Assembly: GCF_000142905.1 (NCBI RefSeq)
Contig: NW_013657658.1
Span: 124,001-187,821 of the forward strand
Reading direction: 5' to 3'
DNA length: 63,821 bases
Source of the DNA: Thecamonas trahens ATCC 50062
Taxonomy: Eukaryota > Protista > Apusomonadida
Shown: positions 20,044 through 30,300 of the stretch, in pieces
Position numbering within the stretch: position 1 is the first letter of the stretch
Layout of the letters: every line of letters begins with the position of its first letter
Translations under genes and position numbers: made by a program
The notes under the pieces: generated by a model
Databases searched by the model: none
What the model was told of the DNA's origin: nothing
What the model saw: only the letters and a program-made list of their open reading frames with translations

Positions 20044-21459
20044 AAGGTGTGCAAGTTCTGGAAAGAGGGCAAGTGCAACAGGGGCAACAGCTGCAAGTTC
20101 CGCCACGACGGCCCCAGTGGTGGTGGCGGCTTTGGTGCTCGCGGAGGCGGCGGCGGCGGTGGAGGCGGTGGTGGTGGTGGTGGCTTTGGACAGAACTCGT
20201 TTGGGAATCGTGGTGGGGGCGGCGGCTTTGGCGGCGGTGGCGGCTTTGGCGGCGGCTCGTTCGGGCAGAACTCGTTTGCCAACCGCGGAGGTGGAGGCGG
20301 TGGCGGCGGGTTCGGCAACCGTGGCGGTGGAGGGTTCGGCAATCGCGGCGGCGGCGGCCGGGCGTTTGGCGATGACACGGTGACGATGGGGGGAGCCGGC
20401 GGCGGCGGTGGCGGCGGGCGAAAGGGCAAGGGCAAGGGCAAGGGCAAGAAGAAGGGCGTGTGCCATCACTGGAAGAAGTACTCGTGCCGCAAGGCTTCCA
20501 ACTGCCAGTACGCCCACTCTGGACCCGGCGGTCTTGCCAAGGATGCCCAGGGCGGCGGCGGCGGCTTTGCACAGCGTGGGAGCGGAAACGGTGGCGGCGG
20601 TTTTGCGCAGCGCGGGAGCGGTGGCGGGTTTGGCCAGGGTGCGGGCGCGACTGGGTTTGGCCAGGGTGGCGGGTTTGGCCAGGGTGGCGGGTTTGGCAAG
20701 GGCGGCGGTTTTGGCAAGGGCGGCGGGTTTGGCCAGGGCGGCGGGTTCGGCAAGGGCGGCGGGTTCGGCAAGGGCGGCGGAGCCAGGTTTGGCCAGGGCG
20801 GCGGAGCCACCGGGCACGGAGCCAAGGGCGGCGCGGGGCAAACGTCGGCGGCAACCCAGCAGCGGATCAAGATCATCCGTGACGATTTGAGTCAGTACGG
20901 AATCTGGCCGTTCTCGGCATATGGTGCAGTCGAGGGCCAGGCAAGTACGTATGCCGGCGACGTTCAGGCCGAGGAAATGCGATGGGAGGCGTACAAGGCC
21001 ATGGCCGAATCGCGTGACGGTCTGCAGCGGTTTGTGCAGGTCGAGGCTACCATGGCGCAGGCAATGGCGGCCAAGCGCGAGGCTGTCATGATGAATCCGT
21101 ACGCCTTTGTCGACGAGGTCAAAAAGACCCACACCATGGGGAACCTCTCGCCACCCGCAGATGAAGCTGCCGTGGGCGGCGGCGGCGCCGGGGTAGGTGT
21201 CGGAGCTGGGATGGGAGCCGGTACGAGAGCCGGCGCCGGTGCGGCCGCGGGAGCGGGTGCGGGAGCTGCCGCCGCTGCTGCCACTGCTGCTGCTGCTGCT
21301 GCGGCCGCAGCGGAGCCCGTGGCCGAGCCGGCTGCGGATCGGCAGTACACTGCGACAGAGCGTGCCTGCATGGCTGCCTATGGCGCCGCAGCCTTTGAGC
21401 TCTTTGCCGTTCCCGAGATCCCGCCGCCGGGATACTTTGCCACGCCCGCCAAGGCTTGA
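19924..21459 (+). CDS. NUP42: NUP42/NUPL2(hCG1)/Amo1-like FG nucleoporin with two CCCH zinc fingers
   Basis: CKFWKEGKCNRGNSCKFRH and CHHWKKYSCRKASNCQYAH, GGGFG repeats, core WPFSAYG...DVQAEEMRW, and a C-terminal Gle1-binding-like FELFAVPEIPPP. Confidence 0.72.
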
Positions 21460-21926
21460 GCCTCCAGCCTCTACACCCTCCAGCAAGTCTGGGTGCGGCC
21501 TTGCGAGCCGCCCGCCTGTGTGCTCGCAACAGCTCGCTGACAAAGAGCTGTTGTCCAAGAGTTAGCCACTTTCCGCGCGCCGTCGGCGCATGCTTGACCA
21601 GCACGCAGAGTGAAGAGTGTACATCCCAAGTGACGTCTCCTACTGCTTGTGACGAACGATTGCCACCCCCCTTGCCGCGATCCGGCCGGCGACAGCGCAT
21701 CAGGCGGACCTCAGCGATGGTGCGCCTGACTCCCGCAGTGAGCAGGCCGCGACTCGGTGCGACGAACGGTGACGAACAAAACTACGTTTCGCCGCGTGGG
21801 AAGGAAGGCGGGGGGGGGGGAGAAGGGGGGGGGGGGACAGGGCATGACAGCCACCAGGTCCTCACCCCACTCCCCTCCCCTTTCCCCTCACCCCACTCCC
21901 ATCCCCTCCCCCTCCTCCCGCACACC

Positions 21927-22157
21927 ATGGCTCGCACAGTGTTGTCCCTGGCCGGCTTGGCACTCGTGGCGCTGGCGGCCGTCCTCGTCCTAGCCCACCC
22001 TGCGGCAGCCGAGGAGAAGAAGACTCTCGGCGGTAACGTCAACGAGCGCGACTTTATGCTCGCCGTCTTTGTGGGTGGCATTCCCGGTGTCATCTCTCTC
22101 GGTGCCGCCGTCTTCTGCGTCCTCTCTGCCGCCCACTACCGCAAGCAGCACCTGTGA
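21927..22157 (+). CDS. Small (76 aa) signal-peptide plus single-TM protein, unknown function
   Basis: ATG in CACCATGG context after a C-rich leader. Signal peptide ends in PAAA|EE, followed by a hydrophobic segment and a short basic tail. Host-like codon usage. Confidence 0.6.
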   Translation: MARTVLSLAGLALVALAAVLVLAHPAAAEEKKTLGGNVNERDFMLAVFVGGIPGVISLGAAVFCVLSAAHYRKQHL

Positions 22158-22307
22158 GCCCATAACACGCCCGCTCCCACACCTGCCACAGCAGCCACAT
22201 CAGCCACAGCAGCCACAGCAGCCACAGCAGCCACAGCACCAGCCACCGCCACACGCCCGCCACACACCCTGATCCCAGATATCCCTGACGTGCCGGGATG
22301 TTGGGGA

Positions 22308-23177
22308 TTATAGCTTCGATCCGAGCCGGAAAGGCTTCCAGTCGGGTGCCTGGCGCTTGCGCCACGCCTCAAGGCCGTGCAGAGTCTCGGGCGATCGGAG
22401 CGAGGCCTTGAAGACGCCGACAGCCTCCGCCATGGCCTCGGCGTGCGGGTGCGTGGCGACAAAGCCGATGAGCTTCTTGGTTGCCGCCATCGCCGCGGGC
22501 GCTGAGGTCCGCAGCTCGTCCATCAGCGTCGCCACCAACAGCTCCACACCGGCCTCGCTCTCGGCCACTTTCGTCATGGCGCCCATCTCGTACAGCCGTT
22601 GCAGCGACGTCCGCCGTCCGGTCAGCATCAGCTCGCGTGAGAAGAACGGGCCGAGCTGCGGCACAATGTAAGTCGAGATCATCGCCGGCACCAGGCCGCG
22701 CTTGACCTCGGTAAAGGCGATGTAGTCATCGGCCTTGCCCACCCGCAGATCACAGGCAAAGGCAAGGCCAACACCACCGCCCAGCGCCGGCCCATTGAGC
22801 ACCGCCAGCGTGGGCTTGGCCAGCGTGGCCAGCTCCTCAAAAACGCCGATAAAGTCGGCCACGCCCTTCCCGCCGCCGGCCCCATCGCGCCCATCAGCCC
22901 GTCCGGCCTTGGCCCGCATCGCCTCCTGGTTGCCAGCTGACAAGTCCATGCCGGTGCAAAAGTACTTGCCGGTCCCGGTCACCACCACGGCGTGGACCGC
23001 CGTGTCGTCGCCTGCCGCCGCCACCGCCGCTCGCAGCGCCTCCACTGCCGCCGGCGTCAGCGCATTGCCCTTCTTCGGCCTGTTCAGCCGGATGGTGACC
23101 ACGCCGTCGGCCACCGTCACCACCACCGCCACCTGCCCCGCCTCTGCCGCCTGCCCATCAACCGCTGTCGCTGCCAT
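22308..23177 (-). CDS. Enoyl-CoA hydratase/isomerase (crotonase, methylglutaconyl-CoA hydratase-like) with PTS1
   Basis: LNRPKKGNAL, FCTGMDL, NGPALGGGVGLAFACD and FTEVKRGLVP. Ends in -SKL. Confidence 0.9.
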   Translation of the reverse strand: MAATAVDGQAAEAGQVAVVVTVADGVVTIRLNRPKKGNALTPAAVEALRAAVAAAGDDTAVHAVVVTGTGKYFCTGMDLSAGNQEAMRAKAGRADGRDGAGGGKGVADFIGVFEELATLAKPTLAVLNGPALGGGVGLAFACDLRVGKADDYIAFTEVKRGLVPAMISTYIVPQLGPFFSRELMLTGRRTSLQRLYEMGAMTKVAESEAGVELLVATLMDELRTSAPAAMAATKKLIGFVATHPHAEAMAEAVGVFKASLRSPETLHGLEAWRKRQAPDWKPFRLGSKL

Positions 23178-23414
23178 GTCTGCCCCGAGAATCCCCCCGG
23201 CCGCTCGCTTGTCCCGTCCCGCTCGAGAGACAAGTGGCGCTTCCGCCTGCTGCAGTCATCATCGCCTTTACCATCGCAGATGTTGCAGACATCGCAGACG
23301 TCGCAGCCGGCCCCGGCCGCTCGGCGACTTTGCCTCCTCTTCGTCCTCCTCCTCCTCCTCCTGCTACTTCTACTAATCTGGCCTCCTCTCGTCAGCTCAG
23401 CCTGATCCCGACTG

Positions 23415-24044
23415 CTACAGGGCAGCACCAGGGGCAGACACCACCCCGAGCTGCTTCTGGATAGAGTCGACCAGGACCGAGACCGAGTTGGCATTAAAGC
23501 CGGGCTCCAGACGCATGGTATCGAGCTCGTCGCCAAACATCTCCGTAAACGTCGCCATCCACCAGCTCGCCACCTCGGCGCCGGACTCGTCGTTGGTGGC
23601 CACGGGCGGGCGGAGCGGGTCGGCCGCCACTGCTGCCACCGGCGCCGCAACAGCAGCCTTCTCGGCAGAAGCAACGAGCTTGGCCGAGACCTTACGGATC
23701 TTGCGCCAGAGACCGAGCTTAACAAAGCCGGCCGAGACGTCGGCGCCGTCGCCCGAGAGCGTCATGCCCGACGCCACCACGTCCTCCACCGCGTCGTGCG
23801 GGAGGCCAAGCGCAGCCTGGCATGCGCTCAGCAGCTTGGCGGTGAACCGGAGGCACCGCAGCGCCTGTCCAGACACCCGCAGCAGCACCTGCTCTCGCTC
23901 CTCCTCCTCCAGTCCCTGCACCTGCCCAAGGCTCGGGTACTCGGCCTCCGCCTCGGCAGGGAGCACCGGAGATGGCTCGGAACCGGATGGGCCGTCGAGG
24001 CCAAAGTGGGCCACCACCGCGGCAGCTGCGGCAGTGTCGTCCAT
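23415..24044 (-). CDS. Hypothetical protein with a C-terminal RSA3-like (ribosome assembly 3) domain
   Basis: C-terminal MATFTEMFGDELDTMRLEPGFNANSVSVLVDSI resembles the RSA3 consensus (TEEFGDDLDxLRxxxDF...SL.LL..AL). Confidence 0.6.
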   Translation of the reverse strand: MDDTAAAAAVVAHFGLDGPSGSEPSPVLPAEAEAEYPSLGQVQGLEEEEREQVLLRVSGQALRCLRFTAKLLSACQAALGLPHDAVEDVVASGMTLSGDGADVSAGFVKLGLWRKIRKVSAKLVASAEKAAVAAPVAAVAADPLRPPVATNDESGAEVASWWMATFTEMFGDELDTMRLEPGFNANSVSVLVDSIQKQLGVVSAPGAAL

Positions 24045-24270
24045 CGGGATGTACGGGGGGTGCGCTTGGGGTGTGGTGGTGGGGTGGTTGTGTGGATGTG
24101 GGGGGTTCACTGCCTGTGCGGAGAAGAGGGTGCTTGCTCTGCTGTTGCGTCGGGTGTCGCGCTTGCTGCTGTTCTCGCCCTTGCCCCCTTCTCCCTGCTG
24201 GTGCAGGATCCGGATCCGGATCCGGATCCAGATCACTCGGGCAACAACTCTCACCTCGGAGGCTGGCTAT

Positions 24271-27237
24271 TTAATCGCTCGGTCCGGCTTCACCATCACC
24301 ACCGCCACCACCACCACCTCCTCCGACCTTGCTCAGCCACGCTCTGATCTGTGCACGCAACTCTGGTTGCGTGACCAGATCGTCCACCCGGAGCGGTGTC
24401 TTGGTCCACGGGTCGGTCGGATCCGACAGCAGCTGTCGCACAATGGTCGACCGGTCGCACACCATGCCCGACTGCGGCAGGAGGACCGGATCGTGCATGA
24501 CCTCGTAAGTGAGCGCGTCCAGAAACTCGTCCGGCGCCTCACTCATTGCTGCCGCCGCCGCCTCGCCCGCCACCTTGGCCGCCACAATCGCTGCAAACAC
24601 CGCCTCGAGCGCCACAATATCGCTCTCGTTAAGCAGCACACTGGTCCGGCACATTTCCGCCAGCGCCGCGTAGTGCTCCGCCTTGCAGTTGCGCTCGTCG
24701 GCTGCGGCATCTGCCACAAACACCGCCTCACGGCCCATATGCCCGAACATCATTGCGATCGACCGCAGCAGCGACCGCCGGTCAAAGTCGATCTCGTTGG
24801 CGCGCGAGACACGGAGCGCTGCAACCTGCTCCGACAGCAGCAGCGCCGTCATGTGGTTGAGTAGCCGCGCCACTCGCGACTGCAGTCCGTCTGCTCCCAG
24901 CAGGAGGCCCCGCGTCACGTTTCCGCCACACAGCACCTCGAGCATGCCCACAGAGTCGTTCGCCAGCTCGATGAACATCTGGATCGAGCCGCGGACCTGG
25001 TCGAGCTCGGCCATGTCCTCGGCCGAGCTCGCCCCAGCCAGCTCGTTGAGCCGCTCAAACTTGCCGATCGACTCGTCGACCGCAAACGTCGCGTCATTCA
25101 TCACCGCGTTGGCAAACTTGACAAACAGCGCCTGCCCGGCTCCGACCGCAAACTCGCCAAAGGCGGCCCGGAACTCGGCCGATACCCGCCACATGTGGAG
25201 TGTGATGCCTGCAATGTGGTGTCTCACAGAAAACTTGTCGTAGAACGACGAGTGCCCGCCGCTCGCCTCGATCTCAACAAACAGCTCGACCAACGACGCC
25301 GGAAACGCCCTGCCCACACTACCGCGTACCTCCTCGTACGTTGCGCCCGCAAACGAAACCTCGGTCCGCCCGTTGCCCGGTGTGAGCAGGAAGAGCAGCT
25401 CCGCAATCCGCGCCCGCAAGTACGGGTTTTTGACGTGCCGCGGCGCCCCGAGCGCAACCATAAGCAGCGGGAGCATCCGCACCACACTCCGCGCCATGTG
25501 CGGCTCCGCCCCGCCTACACGGACAACAAACATGACTACCTCGACCACGTCCTCTAGCATGTGCTCCGGCAGAATCGCAAACAGCGGGTGTGGCGCTCCC
25601 AGCGGGAACTGCGCTTGCTCCAGCGCCTCGCCCAGCGCGCCCTGTCCCTCAAGCGAGTCCTCCGGACCCAGGACCATAAGCGACACCAGCCACTCGGCCG
25701 CGTACCCGTACAGCTCCAGCATCGAGTCAACAAGGGTAGGCAAGAGTACAACCGCCTGGATCCCGAGACACTTTGCCTTGGCCTGCGCCAGAAATGCCTT
25801 GCCCGCCTGAACTTGGGCTGCGCGGCCACCGGTGGCCTCCATCAAGTCCACATTCCGCCGCGCACGCGACATCTGCTGCGACAGCTCCATGTACTGCCGC
25901 ATCAGCGCCACGGGGCCTTGATGCAGCGCCCGGAGTCCGAGGAAAAACAGACGTGTCGTCCCCGAGTACCGCCCAGCGCCGGCCCGCACCTCGTCCATCG
26001 CCTCCTCAAGCGACGGCGCAGCCGCGCCCAGCTCCTCGCGCGCATGCGCCCATTGCTCCTGCAGCGACGCGTTGCGGACGTCGACCCACGCCTCGAGCTC
26101 CGAGTTGGTCGCCGCGAGCAGCGTCTCCGATTCGAGCTTGAACATCCTGCTCGTAGCCACAAAGCTGCCGTCGACCTCGGCAAGGTGCGAACTCGCCCGC
26201 GCCCGCGCCCGCGCAAACGGCTCGCACAGTCGTGTGAGCACAGCCCCAAGGTTGAAGCAGAGCGACCGCGACGAGACTCCCGATGTATCCTGGACCATGA
26301 TCCTCCCGCGCGGCGCGTTGGCCGCCACAAGCGCCTCGAGCATGGCAAACGCCGCATCCTTGTCGGCTTTGAGCACGCTGCGCACAAGCCCACGCACCTC
26401 ACCCAGCACAGCATCCGTCCCCTCGCGGACCGCCGCCATCGATCCATACACCAGTGCAGCTTGCCCGCCGCCTGTCGCGTCGTCGTCAAACACCACTTCC
26501 ATCGCCACAAGATCAAGCGCGCCGATCGCGAGCCACGGGCCTACCACCAGCGTCCGCTCGAGCTCGGCACCGCTCCGCCCTTCGTCGGCGCCGCCAACCT
26601 GCAGCGACGGGCTCGCCGCCAGAGCCTTCAGACTCTGCGGGGAGGCTGCAAGCACCGCGCTTGCCACGCGCAACAGCGGTAGCAGCGGCTGAGCAAATGC
26701 TGTGCTCGTCGCAGGGCTCGCCCGTCCGCGCGCCACTGTGCCTGCAATCGTCGCCCCGAGCGTGTCCATCATCGCTAGCACCATTGCGTCCCATTCACCG
26801 CCGTCGCCGCCAAAGCTAGCTGCCAGGCCACCCAGCACCCGCTGCGCCGTGTACGCCGACGAGCATGCCTCGATGAGCGCAGCGTAAGCGCCCGCCGACG
26901 CTGCCGGCGACGAGATCAGCATTCCACCAAGCAGCGACCGCAACGACCGCTCCATGTAGTCTAACACTTTTGCTCGCTCCGGCTGCCGATCCGGGTACCG
27001 CGGCAAGCTCCCTGCCCGCGTCAGCGCGCCCACCAAGAACCGCACCGCCTCGCCAGGGCCCATACCGGCCACCGCCTTGCGGACCTCACCCAGCCACCCG
27101 GAAGCGCCCACCCCGGCACCCACCCGCGGCTCGCTCCGCCCCAGAACCTCTGCCACCGTCAACTCTTCCCACCGCGAGTTGCGGTGCCGCCCGCCTGCGG
27201 CCTGCATCCCGCTCTCTGCCGTCGCCGACGTTGCCAT
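24271..27237 (-). CDS. UFD2: Ubiquitin conjugation factor E4 (UFD2/UBE4, U-box)
   Basis: LPEHMLED, KNPYLRA, SFYDKFSVR, FVKFANAVMNDATF, and U-box APDEFLDAL...DRSTIVRQLLSDPTDP. Confidence 0.92.
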   Translation of the reverse strand: MATSATAESGMQAAGGRHRNSRWEELTVAEVLGRSEPRVGAGVGASGWLGEVRKAVAGMGPGEAVRFLVGALTRAGSLPRYPDRQPERAKVLDYMERSLRSLLGGMLISSPAASAGAYAALIEACSSAYTAQRVLGGLAASFGGDGGEWDAMVLAMMDTLGATIAGTVARGRASPATSTAFAQPLLPLLRVASAVLAASPQSLKALAASPSLQVGGADEGRSGAELERTLVVGPWLAIGALDLVAMEVVFDDDATGGGQAALVYGSMAAVREGTDAVLGEVRGLVRSVLKADKDAAFAMLEALVAANAPRGRIMVQDTSGVSSRSLCFNLGAVLTRLCEPFARARARASSHLAEVDGSFVATSRMFKLESETLLAATNSELEAWVDVRNASLQEQWAHAREELGAAAPSLEEAMDEVRAGAGRYSGTTRLFFLGLRALHQGPVALMRQYMELSQQMSRARRNVDLMEATGGRAAQVQAGKAFLAQAKAKCLGIQAVVLLPTLVDSMLELYGYAAEWLVSLMVLGPEDSLEGQGALGEALEQAQFPLGAPHPLFAILPEHMLEDVVEVVMFVVRVGGAEPHMARSVVRMLPLLMVALGAPRHVKNPYLRARIAELLFLLTPGNGRTEVSFAGATYEEVRGSVGRAFPASLVELFVEIEASGGHSSFYDKFSVRHHIAGITLHMWRVSAEFRAAFGEFAVGAGQALFVKFANAVMNDATFAVDESIGKFERLNELAGASSAEDMAELDQVRGSIQMFIELANDSVGMLEVLCGGNVTRGLLLGADGLQSRVARLLNHMTALLLSEQVAALRVSRANEIDFDRRSLLRSIAMMFGHMGREAVFVADAAADERNCKAEHYAALAEMCRTSVLLNESDIVALEAVFAAIVAAKVAGEAAAAAMSEAPDEFLDALTYEVMHDPVLLPQSGMVCDRSTIVRQLLSDPTDPWTKTPLRVDDLVTQPELRAQIRAWLSKVGGGGGGGGGDGEAGPSD

Positions 27238-27391
27238 GTCGTGCAGAGGAGTGTGGGAGGTGGTGGCGTGGAGCTTCACCCGCGCCCTGGCAAGCTCTCG
27301 GCCCGGACAGCGTGAGGTCAGCACCAATCGTTAGGCACACGCAATCTTGCGCTTTTGCTTTTACCCAGTCTTCCAGCCCGCGGCTGGACAC

Positions 27392-30300
27392 TTACCGAAG
27401 CCGCTGCGAGACACGAGACGATTTCCGGTCGGGCGCCGGTGATGCCCAGGGATCTGGCGCAAAGGTGACTGATCGCGACCCGTCGACAGAGCCCAACCGG
27501 CCTGTCGACCTGCCGACAACAGCCACCGTCCGCGACACGCCCTCGTCGATCGAGGCAATGACAACGTGCGGATGCGGGCCGCGCCGCCGCCGGCTGGTGC
27601 GCGTCAGCTCGACGTCAATGTCAACGACGCCACCCCCGTCAACGACGCCCGAGGTGGTGCTCACGTTGGCGCCGCCATGCCCGGTCGCCTCCCACGCCAG
27701 CGGCGTGTCGCCCATGTTGAAGCACCGAATCGCTCCGCCCGGCGCCACTTGCGATGACGAGACCGCCAAGTACGACTCGACTGCATCGCCGCGGAGCGCA
27801 AGTCGCACCTCGCGTCCGCCGCTGTGGATGATGAGCGTCCCACTCTGTGCTCCGAGCTCGCCCGGTCGGTACACAACCGGGAGCCGGACGTACGACCGCG
27901 GTGCGACGCGAATCTTGGCGTGCGTTGGCCGGATGGAGAACACTCCGCCTTCGCCACCTGCCACCGCCACCTGCACCACTCGCTCACTCGCGGCGCCATT
28001 GCAGATCGTTGCCTTGGCCATCCGCAGCGAGCCTACCAGCGTGGGCGGAAAGACCAGGCCGTTCTCCTCCACATACACCTGCCCGTCGACGGGCGCTAGC
28101 CCAGTTCCGGAGAGGTACACCGTTAGCGTCTGACCCTCGCCACCGCCCACGTGCCCGTACACCCGCAGCGTCGCTGCTACCGCGTGATCGCCCTCGTCTG
28201 CGGGAGCGAACACGACCGGGATGCTAAGCGCCGACTGCGGCGCTACTGTCCCGTGGTTGAGCCCAAACGAGAACGGACCAAGCCGATCCTCGCTCTCCAC
28301 CGAAAAAGCCACCCGCACCGCGTTGGGGTTGCTCAACACAACTTGCGCATGGGATGGGCTTGACCCGCTCGCAGCCGCAAACGTCACCATTCGCGGAGCC
28401 ACTTCGACAGGCCGCGCACCGCTGGCATCGTGCCCGCCCGGCGCCTGCATCGTCTGTAGCTGCGTCGCCGGACCCGAGCCAAGACTCATGCTCGCTGCAG
28501 TCGAGTTCGTAGGCTTGGGCGGATGCTCCCGCACCCGCGGCGCCCGCGGCGCCACGCGCACGCTGCACAGCACTTCGTCCGCGCCGGCAACCACAAGTAC
28601 CTGGTTGATGACCTCCTCCTCCACATCGGCCACCGCACGCACCACAACCTCGCGGGTCTCTCCCGGCGCCACCACCCCCGACCGCGGATCGACAGAGAGC
28701 ACGTACGGCGTTCGCGACGTGAGCTCAGTCAGATGTGGAACGGCCCGGAACGTCAGCGGCGCACTGCCAGTGTTGCTCACCCCCAGCGGCTGCGCAAATA
28801 GGTTGGTCTTGTCAAGCGCCAGCCGCGTCGGTGCCACAGCCAGGACGCCGACGCGGTCCGCTTCCGGCGCAGGCGTCGGCAGAGGCGCAGGGCGAGGGCC
28901 AGACTCTCGCATCGTCGCGGCACTGCTGCTGCCAGGTACACGCGCACGAGCTTGGCGACCTTGCGGCCGTTCTGCCGGCTTTTGGCTTCCTTGGCGCCCC
29001 ATGAGCACCACCGACGAGCCCTCAAGGTGCGAATCGAACGAGGCCTCGTCGAAAAAGTCCTCCTCTGGCCATCCCAACTCCGGCAGCGTTGACGCCGGCG
29101 CTGCACCGTCAAACTTGCCGTCAAATAGGTCACCCGGGCTGCGACGCCGGGTCCGAGCTGCGTTGCGCAGCATTCGCGCGAGCTCGTCTCCAGCATGGAC
29201 GCCGATGACAAGCGAGAACGGACCGTTACTGGCGCTGTTGGCGCCAGAGCCACTCGCAACAGGGTCGATGACAAGTGTGAACCGTGCCGTCGCGCCAGGC
29301 TGGACCACCACACCCTGCGACGCTGGCAGGATCCGGAGGCGCCGCGCCAGTCCAAGCGTCGACGCCGGCGCCGAGAGGGCCACAAACCCGCTTCGGTCGC
29401 CGCTGTTGGTCACGTGCAGAGTCCGCACGCTCGGGTCGTCGTGCGCAACGAGCCCAAAGTCGAGTTCCTTTGCCGAGACCCGGAGCCGTGCTAGCCCGCC
29501 GTAGCCGAGCAGCGGGAGCGATAGCACCCGTTCGCCGTCCAGAGTAGTCACAAGCAGCTGGGCCTTGTCCCGCCGCAGCGGTCGCACGTGCTCTGGACGA
29601 TACAGCATCTGAAGCCGGGTTGTGCCTGGTGGCAGCCGGACTGCACTTAGGCTCGGCTCCACAAACGAGAACGGCGAGTCATCCGGGACGATGGCCACGT
29701 GAACAAGCACCGGCCCTCCTCCGCGGTTGGTGAGGCCAACTGCGAGTTGAGCCACGTCGCCACGCGCCACGCCGCCGAAAGACGCCACCGGCGACTCGGC
29801 GCTTACAGCCGCAGTCGCCACAGCCACGTCTTCCACCAGCGACGCTTGCTTGGCCTTTCCAACTACCGCCAGCCCCAGCTCCAGCCTTGGGCCCGCCTCG
29901 GCCTTGTCGCCACCTGTACTCTCGACAGGGGTGTCAGCGGGCTTTGTGACGTGCGGGCTCGCGGCGGAGCGTGACGCCTGAGCCTCTTCACGTCCAAGCG
30001 TGGCGGTGAGTGGAGTAAAAGGGGGACGATTAGCGGCGCGAGGAGCGGTGAGGGCGGCACCAATGACGCTGGCAGAGAGCGCAATGTGGTGCACGTCTTT
30101 GCCTGCCTTGAGCAGAAGGACCGACTCAAGCGCCGACGATGGCGTGAGATCCTGAGCTCGGAAGGTGACCGAGACCGGCACAACCGAGGCCGGCGGGAGG
30201 ACAACAGATGCAGGTGCAACTGTAAAGTGACGCGCATTCTGCGGTGAGAGCGCTAACACCAGCGGTAGGTTGCCCGAGTTGCGGAGCGGGAGCTGGAGAG

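Noticed and set aside
22184-22250. CAGCCACAG 9-bp repeat as a Gln/Pro coding exon
   Set aside because: Lies after the stop codon between convergent genes. Treated as a simple UTR repeat.
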